A stretch of 64,000 nucleotides of DNA from Azolla caroliniana (GCA_043228905.1 JBHGNT010000014.1:6820001-6884000), one strand, 5' to 3'; counted from the stretch's first letter, positions 17,264-27,932 are shown. Numbers and translations are program-made. Notes: generated by a model not told the origin, from the sequence alone.

Positions 17264-18260
17264 CAGATGCACTTGATTTTGCACTAGGAAGTATCTAATT
17301 ATTTCCCATTTACACAAATTTGAAGCAATAGAGATCAATTATGAAATTCACAACAAAAAGCTTCTAGCCATTATAGACTCATTTGGACAAGGAGACCTCT
17401 CGTAGAGGGTTCTCCCCACCAAACTATTGTTTACTAGGATCATAAGAACCTTACATACTTTTAAAATGTTATAGTCTTGAGTTGTTGCCAAGCTAGTTAG
17501 GCATAATTTCTAACACGTTTTGACATCCTCATCACATATCTCCCACAATTCATCTCAAAATGACATCACGGTCTTCCAAATGACATCATTACTAATCATT
17601 GCCCACATTTCATATCAAAATTTTGGAAACACTGGCTTGAGCTGCTCAAAATCTTTTGTAAACTCTTTTCAAGATATCATCTATAAAGCAATAGTTAAAC
17701 TGAGCATACAAATCAAACATTACAACAATATCTTCAATGTTTCATCAATTACTAACAATGTGATTCAGTAGATTTTTTGCACTTCATAGAGTTCACATAA
17801 AATAATTTAATTAATTCCTCAACAAGATATACTCCATTCTTTACAAACATAGGATATCATCCGCATTGGAAAATGATCAAACATCTAGAAATTTTGAAGA
17901 ATTATGTTGCTAAGGGCTATGGACAACAACTCTAAAAAGTTCATGTAGCACTTTCTCACCACTTGTATGCTGCTCAAACCACACACAAGAAGGCCATCGA
18001 CCGCGATCATCTTGACTCTTCATTAGACGAGGTGAAGTTTTGAGTTAGGAATTGTGTATAGTCTTATGATGTAATGTGGAGAAAATTAAGGCTTGTGATA
18101 AGTTGGGTTACAAAAGACTTGGTCCATTTGTCATCTCCGATCAAATCAATGATACTGCATTTCACCTTGATCTTCCTCCACATATGCACCTACACCCAAT
18201 ATTTCACATCTCATTGTTGGAACCTTACATATGTAGTTCCATTCTAGATCAGGTTATATT
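17264..18260 (+). mobile_element. Decayed chromovirus pol, right part (RNase H and integrase remnants)
   Basis: Resumes DALDFALGS...EINYEIHNKKLLAIIDSF, and later KLGYKRLGPFVISDQINDTAFHLDLPPHMHLHPIFHISLLEPY (GPY/F region). Confidence 0.8.
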
Positions 18261-18596
18261 TGATGACACTGGTTGTGTCTTGGTTGGCTACTGTGTATAA
18301 GGTTGGCCGACTTACGTAGAATAATAAGGATCTTGTTTAATGGACCTTGCCAAACATAGAACAAGTAGAATGGAATGATGCACTGTTTAATCTTAGAAAG
18401 ATAATTACACAGAGAAAGAATGTGAGAGACAATTACATAGTTAGGACTAATGATGAGTATATTACTATTCAAATCCTGTTGAACTTATTACGAAGAGTTA
18501 GTTCCCCGTATTTTTGGTTGGGGTAACTAAACCCTAACTCAATGAGTATATTCACACTATGATACAAATGGGTAGAGTGGGACTTTTAGCCCAACA
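18261..18596 (-). mobile_element. Probable 3' LTR (336 bp) of a minus-strand Copia
   Basis: TG...CA termini (TGATGACAC...GCCCAACA), with an adjacent PPT-like GGGGAGTT on minus at 18597-18604. It truncates the Gypsy relic. No partner LTR was found in the window. Confidence 0.45.
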
Positions 18597-18807
18597 AACT
18601 CCCCGGTAAAAGGACTACTCTAACAATTACAATGGATTAGGGGTTATCTCCCTCGTAAACTTAAATTACAATTTGAATTTAAATTATAGTTAGAGTTTAT
18701 AAGCTGGTCGGCCAATTCCCAAATTGGCAGAGGTAGAGTTAGCTCGGGTTTGCACTTTGGTCCTTTGGTCTTCAGCTCTTCAAGTCAATTGGTCCACCTT
18801 GCCCCTT

Positions 18808-18911
18808 TTTTGTGTGTGTGTGTTTGTGTCTTCCTTGTACGTTCGGCCGTCTTGCCTCATAAAGGCATACAAGCATTTGTGCGTGTGTTTTGTGTCTTCC
18901 TTGTACGTTTG
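18808..18911. repeat. Left end of a ~105-bp tandem repeat array, split by the solo LTR insertion
   Basis: TGTGTCTTCCTTGTACGTTCGG...CCTCATAAAGGCATA matches the array at 35249-35770. Confidence 0.7.
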
Positions 18912-19508
18912 TGACAGGAACTCAAACGCTCCTTATGCACAACGCTCGACCACAACCGAGCTTAGAATCATACAAAGAAAAAAGGGAAATAAAACACGAC
19001 ACGAAGAAGAAACGAGTGCACAAGATGTTTACGTGGAAAACCCAAAGAGGGAAAAACCACGGCAGCCCACAGGCTGCAAACTATCACTATGCTAGAATGT
19101 ACAACAGTGAGTTCACGGAGGCAACGACCTCGTGCTCATGATCCTCGCCACAGGCGGCGGTTACAACAGAGGCAACGACCTCTTTCTCTCTCTCTCTCTG
19201 TACACTGTTACGCACTCACTCTATTCTTGCTCCAACAAGAATGACAACCACGACAGATGTCTAAAAGTTTTCCCTAAGTCATATTTATACTAATATGACT
19301 TTTCGGCTATTTACAAATATAGCCTCGATGGACTCTCAAAAACATATTTACGAATATGTCTCTTCATCCGGTGAGCATTCCTCACCGGTTCTGCACCATC
19401 CGGCTCTCCGTAACCGGGTACTCCTCATCTGGTTTTCACCGGGTTTGCACCATCCGGCTCTCCGTAGCCGGGTACTCCTCATCCGGTCTTCACCGGGTCT
19501 GCACCATC

Positions 19509-19928
19509 TGTTATTCGCTTAGCCGGACAAGGCCTAACACAAGGTGTCACGGAGACACTTCACCAAAGGGTGATTACGGCATAGGATTAAGATTCAACGA
19601 TTACACCGACTTACATAGGTTACACGCTTAGAATGCTTCGGTTAATTACACGCGTCAGATATAACAGTGATTACAGAACGGAAATCAAGACAGAAGTATA
19701 AACATCATAATCTCTATTAATTATCCGCTGTCATTACAATGGGGTCCGGGCCTTTAAATAGGTTTCCGGCCCGTAGTACAAAACGGTGCCTCTCGCACCT
19801 ATTCGGGATCCGTCCGGAACTAGAACGGCATACCGTTTCCAGTCCGTCCGTCCACACTATGCTCATTTACAACCATATCTAATTAATCCCTTCACTCCGT
19901 ATTTTGGACTCCTTGCCGGCCGGTAACA
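19509..19928 (-). repeat. 3' LTR of element A
   Basis: TGTTATTCGC...GGTAACA, matching 34664-35083. Confidence 0.95.
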
Positions 19929-19980
19929 CATGGCACGCCCGTGGGACAGTACCTTGTACGTCGAACCCTTCTCGGCCCCT

Positions 19981-22632
19981 TCATTGTTCACCCAAATTGT
20001 CCAAATTACTTTGTTCAAGAATTTCCACTTGTTCCTCCGGTTGTGGTTGTTGCGGCTGTGCTTGCTGCTGCTGCTGTGGTTGCGGTTGGGACTGAGGCTG
20101 CTCCGGCTGCTCTGCTTGCTGCTGCTGCTCCGTTTGTTTTTCTGGCTCCGGCATCTCCGTTTGACTGCTTCCGGTACGGTCTCCTTCCAGTAACGGTTCC
20201 TCATCACTGAGGTTAACCGTAACTGGTTCTCGTTCTTTCTCTCCCCGGATCCGGGACCTCTCGTAGCTTTCAAACTGGATCTGCGCCTCCAGCCTGTCGT
20301 CATCCAGCTGAGCTACAAGTTGCCGGACTTGCTCTAGTTGGTCCTCCGCCAAGGCTTGAAAGTCTTCGGCCAGCTCATCTCTTATGCCGGTGAAGTCTTC
20401 AGAATTCAGCATATAGCAATCATCTCCCTCCTTCCGCCGGTTCTCTACGTCAGCCCGGAGCAATTGGAGTTCCGCCGCGTTCGTGGCCCACTTGGTCCAC
20501 CATTTGACGGAACCGTTGTCAATCAAGCTCTTGGTCTGGTTCAACCAGGCCCGCATTATATCTTGGATGCGACTTGCTCCCATTTGAGCTCTGCTTTCCA
20601 CCACTTGTCGCTCCTCCTTCAACTGCTTGATGAGATTTGCCGTATCCTCCGCCTGCTCTCTGTAGCGCGTCAGCTGCCCTTGATATGTCGTTTGCAGCCT
20701 CTGCAGTACCTCCGCCGCTCTTTCTTTTTCCGCCTGCTGTTGCCTGAGGAGCTCTGTCCGAACCTTCTCCTCCTCTTCCAACCGTCTTCTGTTTTCCGCT
20801 TGTTCCTTGGCGAATGCGGTTGCGGTCCGATCAACGGCTTGCCGGAGCTCATCCGTCCGTTCCTTGTGCTCTGTTTGCAACCGTTTATACTCCCGGTGCA
20901 ATTGCTCAAATTCCTCCGTTTTTTGTTTGAGCTTGCCGTTGATCTGGCGATTGTTCCGGTCCTCCCGGTCCTTTACCTGCCGGAGTTCCTCTTTCAGGCG
21001 CTCTACTTCTGTTTCGGCGTTCCTCCGGAGCTTGTCCTTCTCTTGCAGCATTTTCTCCTTTTCCTCCTTGAGCCGGTCGTATGCTTGGTGGCCTTTCCGT
21101 AAGCTCTCCTCGGCCCGGCGTAGATTCTCAGCAGTCTTTTTGAGTTCTGCCTCCGCTGCCGTCTTCAATTCTCTTTCGCGGCTCCTCAGCGCTTCTTGGG
21201 CAGCTAGCTCATCCTTTAAATCCGCAAGCTCTTGGGCTTGTGCCGCATTTCTCTCCGGAACGGTTTCCGTTGCCGGGGTCTGATTGCTATGTACAGGTTG
21301 ATTTGACACTTTATTCTGTACATTGCCCGGAGTCACCGGTGCTTGGACTTGTGTTTCCCTTGTGACCCTGTCCAAGTCTTGTTCAAGGCTCCGGATTCTG
21401 GACCGGGCCGTCTCTAGATCTACGGTTGTGACGAGCAACCGTTCCTGGTGCGCTCTCTCTTCCGCCTCTATATACTCGACCGCTCCGGCGATTTGCTCGC
21501 CTACCCACCGTAGCCACATGCTACTGGTGCCTTGTTGCTGTACTGGTCGGGTCGGCTCATTCACTGTGGAATTGTCTGGCCTGATTGCCTGCATATGCCG
21601 TTCTGGTTCTACTCCTTGGCCGCCGTGTGCTCTGGCTGGGCTCGCCGGCTGTTGAGTTCCGGTTCTCGCCGTCTTCGGAGCCGTTGGACTGACTTCTTCT
21701 ATAGAAGTCGACAAGACCGGTTCCCTACGCACCGGTTCCGGTTCTTCCCTTGTGATTTGCTCAGGTTGAGTTGGGGGCGTTTCTGCCTCTCGCGGGTACG
21801 ACCGCTCCCCTCCTGTCTCGGCGGTCCTACTTCTTGACCGTCGTTGGAGGTGCTCTTCTGGCTCCTCCGTTTCCTCTTCCTGTGTCACGACATGTTTCTG
21901 TGCCGTCAAGGGTTCCGGTTCCTTCTGTCCCGGTCTCCGTAAGGTTATCTTGACGGGTCGGACCGGTGACACCTCCTCCGGTTCTAGGACCCGTTTCTTC
22001 CCTTTCGTCGCCTTCGACGCCAGCAGCTGCTGTCGTTTGGACGCCGGCTTCGAGGTGCTTCCTTCCGATACTCTTGGCCGCTTCTTTGGCTGGACGGTCT
22101 CGACCGGCGGCACGAGCAATGTTATCCATTGAACTACGGCGTGCCACAGCTTCCGGCCCTCCTTGCCGTCCTTCCCTCGTATCATGTCGATTGCCATGCA
22201 CAACCCGTCTGCAATCAACACCGGCCAGTCCACCTTGATCCCTTCGTAGGTGGCTATGATCATCCCTGCCCGATTTTTTGGCATGACAGGGGGTCGGGGG
22301 TACACGTGACCGTACTCATGGAGCACTCGAGCTATCTCCCTGAATAGCGGATCTTCGCCGCCCTGCGTCCGATAGCCTTTGCCGGCAACAGAGTACTCAC
22401 CGAAATATCGGGTGAGTTGCTCCGAGTTTGGGTTATCGATCTGAAAGATTCCTCCCTCCGGAAGGCCTGTTAGCGCGCGGATCGCTTCCTCGGTGATGAC
22501 CTCTGTGGCGAGCTCCTTGATGACCCGGTCGGCTTCTCTGTGCAGCGGTGCCTCCATGATGGCCAAGAATCCCTCCAGTCCGTTTTGCCTGAACCATTTC
22601 CTGGCCGCTTCCGACAGCGTTTGTGGTTCCAT
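19981..22632 (-). CDS. Additional 883-aa ORF of element A (globular N-terminus, basic/disordered linker, long coiled coil, Q-rich tail); function unknown
   Basis: Uninterrupted ATG-TGA ORF in sense orientation between pol and the 3' LTR. Long E/K/R/Q heptad-like region; no obvious transmembrane stretch. Confidence 0.85.
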   Translation of the reverse strand: MEPQTLSEAARKWFRQNGLEGFLAIMEAPLHREADRVIKELATEVITEEAIRALTGLPEGGIFQIDNPNSEQLTRYFGEYSVAGKGYRTQGGEDPLFREIARVLHEYGHVYPRPPVMPKNRAGMIIATYEGIKVDWPVLIADGLCMAIDMIRGKDGKEGRKLWHAVVQWITLLVPPVETVQPKKRPRVSEGSTSKPASKRQQLLASKATKGKKRVLEPEEVSPVRPVKITLRRPGQKEPEPLTAQKHVVTQEEETEEPEEHLQRRSRSRTAETGGERSYPREAETPPTQPEQITREEPEPVRREPVLSTSIEEVSPTAPKTARTGTQQPASPARAHGGQGVEPERHMQAIRPDNSTVNEPTRPVQQQGTSSMWLRWVGEQIAGAVEYIEAEERAHQERLLVTTVDLETARSRIRSLEQDLDRVTRETQVQAPVTPGNVQNKVSNQPVHSNQTPATETVPERNAAQAQELADLKDELAAQEALRSRERELKTAAEAELKKTAENLRRAEESLRKGHQAYDRLKEEKEKMLQEKDKLRRNAETEVERLKEELRQVKDREDRNNRQINGKLKQKTEEFEQLHREYKRLQTEHKERTDELRQAVDRTATAFAKEQAENRRRLEEEEKVRTELLRQQQAEKERAAEVLQRLQTTYQGQLTRYREQAEDTANLIKQLKEERQVVESRAQMGASRIQDIMRAWLNQTKSLIDNGSVKWWTKWATNAAELQLLRADVENRRKEGDDCYMLNSEDFTGIRDELAEDFQALAEDQLEQVRQLVAQLDDDRLEAQIQFESYERSRIRGEKEREPVTVNLSDEEPLLEGDRTGSSQTEMPEPEKQTEQQQQAEQPEQPQSQPQPQQQQQAQPQQPQPEEQVEILEQSNLDNLGEQ

Positions 22633-23116
22633 GTCTGCTTCAAGGTCGAGGGAAGATGGCGAGGTAGAGTGTGTCAGGAACTCTATTAAGGCAGAGAAGG
22701 AATTAGTACTAAAAGAAGGATTAGTACTATTGTTGGGGAATAGTACTAAGACAGAGAAGGATTAGTACTATGAGAGGTGTCGAACTTTGAGAGAAGGAAT
22801 GAGTGAGTGAGAGAGGGAGAGAGAGAGAGAGAGATGATGCGAAAGATATATGTATTATATGAAGGAAGATATACAACAGTAGTTAGAAGGCTTAAGACTG
22901 GCGTTGAACCGATTTGGTTCGAACTAATGCCTTGCGCCTCCTTTTATAGTGTCTTCAGGAATACTCCTGAAGTTTCTAGAATGTTCCAGAGAAATCTGGA
23001 ATATACATCAATTTCCCAATAAAACCTAAATGAAAATAATATCCTTCAAATTACAATTCATAACCTAATGGTAAAGTCTCGACCCGTGTAACAAAAGGTT
23101 ATGGGTTCGAGTCTAG

Positions 23117-26100
23117 TTATGACACTATCCCCCCTTTAAAACGACGAGTTCCACGAGTCGTTTTGGATTGAGGACCCGGTTTCTCGGGATATCGTCGATG
23201 GAAGTCTTCTAGAAGAGCACGAGCATTGGTCACATTCTCGATCGGTTCCCAAGTACGCTCGCTGGGACTATATCCTAGCCAATCGACTAGATAGTAGAGC
23301 TTGTTGCGAACAATCTTGGAATCGAGGATGGCAGCGACCTCATATTCAGGTCCATCTTCGAGCTCGATAGGAGGTGGTGGTTGTATTGTACGTCCTGGGA
23401 TAGTGCTCTCGTGATAGGGTTCGAGGAGAGAACTATGAAACACCGGATGTATCCGAAGTTGCGGAGGTAGCTCGAGACGAAAAGCGACATCATTAATCTT
23501 CCCGATAATACGGAAAGGACCTAATCGCCGATAATCCAACTTCTCACATGGGCGAGTAGTCTTGATGTGTCGTCGTAGCAGCCACACCCGATCTCCAATG
23601 TTAAAACTGGATGGAAGTCGATGACGATCTGCGTAGTCCTTGTGTGATTGTTGAGCTTGCTGGAGTTGAGTAGATAAATCCGCTTGTATCTTGCGTAACC
23701 GCTCCAAACGATCCTCCGCGCAAGGATTTGTGGACACTTCTGGGGTTTCAAGGACACACCACCGGGGATGATATCCCGTATAAGCGTAGAATGGCGTGAC
23801 TTTAGTCGATGCATGGATAGCGTTATTATAGGCAAATTCGGCGAACTGAAGAATATCTGCCCAGTCATTCTGATGATAGTTGAGAAAGCACCGCAGATAC
23901 TGCTCCAGTGTTTGATTTGTTCGTTCGGCTTGACCGTCGGTTTGTGGGTGGTAGCCGGAGGAGAGGTTACAAGTGACCTTCAGCATTTTAAAAAGGTGCT
24001 TCCAGAATTTTGACACAAACTGAGGTCCACGATCGCTGATGATATTATCAGGGAGTCCATGATGCCGACATACTTCCCGCATGACAATTTCGGCGGTGTC
24101 TTCACTAGATATTTCTTTAGTACATGGTAAGAAATGAGCCATCTTCGTATATCGATCCACCACTGTGAGAATCGCACTGAATCCCTTAGAGACTGGAAGA
24201 TCTGTAATGAAGTCAAGAGCAATGGATTGCCATGGCTTGCTTGGAATTGGTAATGGTTCTAATAAACCATATGGATGATGTCTTGGCATTTTCGCTCTGC
24301 AGCATGTATCGCAAGTCCGAACAAAATCTTCGACAAATTGTCGCATACGGGGCCACCAGAATGATCGTTGTACTAAATCTAATGTTTTAGTACTACCAAA
24401 ATGTCCTGCTGTATATGTGTCATGGCAATTTTGTACTACTCGAAGGCGGCAAGAACCATTAGGAACATACAAAAGTTCTTTAAAGAAGAGTAATCCATCA
24501 CAGTATTTGAATTGCCGATAATCCGTACCTGGTGATTGTGATTGTGAACATGACGCTCGAGAGGGGTCAATTTGTGCTAGTATAGCTTGGGCGAAAGCGT
24601 CAGTCTTCAAGTACTCACGTATAGTATTGGTAATGTCGGAATCCACGGGTATGTCAAAGACCTGTGCTGCTTGCAGTCGTGCTGGACCCAAGATTACTTG
24701 CTTCTGGTTATCGAAAGCTGGCTCACCGGGACGTGGTGTTAGATACGAACGCCGTGATAATGCATCTGCCTTCCCTTGGTGCTTCCCCGGATGATATGTA
24801 ATTTTGAAGTCGAAGCGTGTGAGGAAGTGGGCCCACCGAGCTTGACGTCGATTCAGTACACGAGCATCTTGAAAGTAGGCAAGGTTCTTGTGGTCACTGA
24901 ATACAGTGACCTGATGAGGAGATCCCTCCAGGAAATGCCTCCATTGCATAAAAGAATCAACTATTGCTAATAGCTCTTTATCATGAATTTCGTAGTTGAT
25001 TTCGGCGGCGTCAAACTTACGGGAGTGGAAAGCCACAGGATGTAGCTTCTCGTCGTTACCCTGTTGTGACAGAATGCTCCCCAATGCGAAATCCGATGCG
25101 TCAGCTTCGATAATGAATGGTTTTTCCGGATCCACATGACCTAAAATTGGAGCTGATGTAAACGCCTTCTTAAGACTCTCGAAAGCCATGTCCGTCTTTT
25201 TAGACCAAATGAATGATTGTCCCTTCCTGGTGAGCTGTGTGAGAGGCAGCACAATTTTTGAGTAATTTTGTATGAACTTCCGGTAAAAATTTGCAAAGCC
25301 TAGGAAGCATTGCACATCCCGCACCGAATGCGGAGTGTGCCATTCTATCACCGTTTTGACCTTGGCTGGGTCCATAGATATGCCTTCTGAGGAGATGACA
25401 TAGCCGAGAAATTCCACTTGGTTGCACCCGAAACTACATTTCTCTAACTTTGCATACAGACCATGTTCTCGAAGTCGTTTTAGTACTAATAGTACATGAG
25501 AATCATGTTCTTCTTGGGTCTTTGAATAAACCAGTAGATCATCCAAATAGATGATCAAAAAATCATCCAAGAGATCTCGAAATATATCATTCGCCATGTG
25601 CTGGAAGACTGCCGGCGCATTAGTGAGTCCGAACGGCATGACCGTATACTCGAAGTGCCCATATCTGGTGCGAAACGCGGTCTTCCATTCATCTCCTGGT
25701 CGGATCTGTACGAGGTTATAGGCTCCTCGTAAGTCGATCTTCGTGAAGAACCTGGCACCGTTGATCCGTTCTAAAAGACTTGAGATAAGGGGAAGAGCAT
25801 ACCTATTTCTTACTGTGACTTTATTCAAGCCACGGTAATCTACAACGAGTCGAAGCGAGCCATCTTTTTTCTTGACGAAGAAAATGGGTGCGCCGGCTGG
25901 AGATTTCGAATGCCGAATGAAACCGTTCTCCAAATTCTCCTCTATATAGGCTCGAAGGACTTCTAGCTCGGTTGGTGACAAATTGTAGATCGGCCCCCAT
26001 GGCGGCTCTTTTCCCGGTTGTAAGTCGATGGCGCAATCGTACGGCCGATGATGAGGAAGTGTGTTGGCTTGTACTTTATCGAACACATCAGCATACTGAC

Positions 26101-26713
26101 GATACTTCTCGGGAAGTTGAACGGTGGACTCCTCTTTGGTGGTGCTGGAGGGTTGTACTGATATTGCGAAGAGAAACATTTCCTCCTTGCGCCCTTCCTC
26201 ACGCAACTGACGTAGCGAAATGGTTGCAACCTTCTGGGTAGGTCCTTGGGTTTGTTGCAACCGGATTTCCCTTGTCCTCCAATCTATGTCTGGGTTATGT
26301 AACTCGAACCATGGTAATCCTAAAACTATGGGGTGTTCTGGAATACTAATAATATTAAATGATACTACACATGTTAAGTTATCTAGGACAATATTAACGG
26401 GTTCCGACTCTTCTATGATATTACCAGAAGCAATGGGACGACCATCAATGACTACTACTGAGGCTGGACATGGGAGCTTTCTGAGAGATATCTGATGAGC
26501 TCGGGCAAAATTCCTATCCATGAAGCAAGAATTAGCTCCGGAATCTAGAAGGGCTAAGGTATGTACTGGAGGGGTACTTTTAGTACTAACTGCTACTTGG
26601 GCTACGAACACATCACTAACTTGCTTAGAGGGAATGGAACCACTAATGGGCTGCACAGATCTAGGGCTGTCCAACCAAACGGCTCCTATTTTGGCTGGAC
26701 TTAGTCGTTTAAC
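23117..26713 (-). CDS. Pol of element B (protease, RT, RNase H, integrase, chromodomain), probably reached by a -1 frameshift
   Basis: LLDSGA, IYLDDLLVYS, ADASDFALG, HHCC and DDE integrase, GPF, EYEVAAILDSK...YLVDWLGYSPSERTWEP. No ATG start; the frame is open from the slippery site; the stop codon lies inside the 3' LTR. Confidence 0.93.
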   Translation of the reverse strand, partial: VKRLSPAKIGAVWLDSPRSVQPISGSIPSKQVSDVFVAQVAVSTKSTPPVHTLALLDSGANSCFMDRNFARAHQISLRKLPCPASVVVIDGRPIASGNIIEESEPVNIVLDNLTCVVSFNIISIPEHPIVLGLPWFELHNPDIDWRTREIRLQQTQGPTQKVATISLRQLREEGRKEEMFLFAISVQPSSTTKEESTVQLPEKYRQYADVFDKVQANTLPHHRPYDCAIDLQPGKEPPWGPIYNLSPTELEVLRAYIEENLENGFIRHSKSPAGAPIFFVKKKDGSLRLVVDYRGLNKVTVRNRYALPLISSLLERINGARFFTKIDLRGAYNLVQIRPGDEWKTAFRTRYGHFEYTVMPFGLTNAPAVFQHMANDIFRDLLDDFLIIYLDDLLVYSKTQEEHDSHVLLVLKRLREHGLYAKLEKCSFGCNQVEFLGYVISSEGISMDPAKVKTVIEWHTPHSVRDVQCFLGFANFYRKFIQNYSKIVLPLTQLTRKGQSFIWSKKTDMAFESLKKAFTSAPILGHVDPEKPFIIEADASDFALGSILSQQGNDEKLHPVAFHSRKFDAAEINYEIHDKELLAIVDSFMQWRHFLEGSPHQVTVFSDHKNLAYFQDARVLNRRQARWAHFLTRFDFKITYHPGKHQGKADALSRRSYLTPRPGEPAFDNQKQVILGPARLQAAQVFDIPVDSDITNTIREYLKTDAFAQAILAQIDPSRASCSQSQSPGTDYRQFKYCDGLLFFKELLYVPNGSCRLRVVQNCHDTYTAGHFGSTKTLDLVQRSFWWPRMRQFVEDFVRTCDTCCRAKMPRHHPYGLLEPLPIPSKPWQSIALDFITDLPVSKGFSAILTVVDRYTKMAHFLPCTKEISSEDTAEIVMREVCRHHGLPDNIISDRGPQFVSKFWKHLFKMLKVTCNLSSGYHPQTDGQAERTNQTLEQYLRCFLNYHQNDWADILQFAEFAYNNAIHASTKVTPFYAYTGYHPRWCVLETPEVSTNPCAEDRLERLRKIQADLSTQLQQAQQSHKDYADRHRLPSSFNIGDRVWLLRRHIKTTRPCEKLDYRRLGPFRIIGKINDVAFRLELPPQLRIHPVFHSSLLEPYHESTIPGRTIQPPPPIELEDGPEYEVAAILDSKIVRNKLYYLVDWLGYSPSERTWEPIENVTNARALLEDFHRRYPEKPGPQSKTTRGTRRFKGGIVS
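26669..26713 (-). promoter_or_regulatory. Putative -1 ribosomal frameshift signal (G UUA AAC plus stem-loop)
   Basis: Heptamer GTTAAAC at 26713-26707, a 6-nt spacer, then an 11-bp stem GTCCAGCCAAA/TTTGGTTGGAC at 26700-26669. Confidence 0.7.
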
Positions 26714-27870
26714 TCTTCTTCTAATTGGCTAAGGACATCAAATTTGTTTGCGAGATTCGGACTATTAGTACTATTAGGACTATTATGACTATGAGGACTA
26801 TCAGAGATTCCTACTGAAATAGACTCGGGTTTAGTATAGTCAGAACTAACAACGACTTGGTTTACCTGCCTTCTTGGTCTATGGGGACAGTTTATCGCGA
26901 TATGCCCTGGTCCACCGCAATAAAGGCATAATCGGTTTGTTCGGCGTCGTTGCTTTTCCTCCTCCGATAGCGGCCCACGACGACGTGTAGTGTCAATTTC
27001 CATTGGAGTTGGAGTACTTACTGGAGGCGCATTATGTGACTCCCTTTGAAAAGGTTTTGCTACCACTGAGGCATAGGTAGGCTCGGATCTTGCCCTCGGC
27101 ATCTGAAATTGTCGTTCCGAACGTCGCTCGAAGAGGCGGTTGTCACATCTGACCGCTCGACTGATTGCTTCTGTTAATGATTTTGGCTCTTCAGGGAAAG
27201 TCAAGAGTAAATCCTTGACATCGTTGCGTAGACCATAGCGGAACTGCTCCATCAATGCTTGATCATCCCAGGGGATATCGGCGGCGAGTAGGCGGAAATC
27301 TGCAGCATATGCGGAGGCTGGACGGTCACCTTGGCGTAATCGCCGGATTTTGTTGATTGCAGTCCTTATGCTGTCAGTATCTCCAAAACATGCTTTAAAC
27401 TCACTTATGAATTCTTCAAAATTATTTAGTACTGGAGATTCCTTTTCTAGTAGCGGAGCGAACCATGCTAATGCTGAGCCATTTAACAACGTGCCTACTA
27501 AACCCACTCGTGATGCATCGGTGGGATATCGGGACGGATGCATTTGAATAACTAACCGTACCTGGTTAAGAAACCCTCTAAACTGCGATCGCGTTCCATC
27601 GAACTTCGTGGGAAGGCCAATCTTGGGTTCTTTATGAATCCCTTGTGCTCCGTGCCCTTGTTGTTGCATTGCTACGATGGTTGCTTCGAGTTGTTGCACG
27701 CGTAACGCAAGTTCCCCATGCTGTTGTTGCGTTTGCTGCTTTTCTAAGGAAATTTGCTGAAGATCCCCCAACAAGCGTTGATTTTCTTGTTCCAAAGCAT
27801 GAAACTTCTCTTTCAAGCATTGAAATTCCGAGAAAACGGATTGATACTCTTCAGCGCTAACGGTGGCCAT
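26701..27870 (-). CDS. Gag of element B, 389 aa (coiled coil, capsid, CCHC)
   Basis: EPKIGLPTKFDGTRSQFRGFL, LRQGDRPASAYAADF, CLYCGGPGHIAINC. Confidence 0.93.
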   Translation of the reverse strand: MATVSAEEYQSVFSEFQCLKEKFHALEQENQRLLGDLQQISLEKQQTQQQHGELALRVQQLEATIVAMQQQGHGAQGIHKEPKIGLPTKFDGTRSQFRGFLNQVRLVIQMHPSRYPTDASRVGLVGTLLNGSALAWFAPLLEKESPVLNNFEEFISEFKACFGDTDSIRTAINKIRRLRQGDRPASAYAADFRLLAADIPWDDQALMEQFRYGLRNDVKDLLLTFPEEPKSLTEAISRAVRCDNRLFERRSERQFQMPRARSEPTYASVVAKPFQRESHNAPPVSTPTPMEIDTTRRRGPLSEEEKQRRRTNRLCLYCGGPGHIAINCPHRPRRQVNQVVVSSDYTKPESISVGISDSPHSHNSPNSTNSPNLANKFDVLSQLEEELND

Positions 27871-27932
27871 GGGATGAAGGAAAAGGGAAATAAGAGACTA
27901 GTAGGAAAGGAGGGAGAGAAAAGACCAGACAG

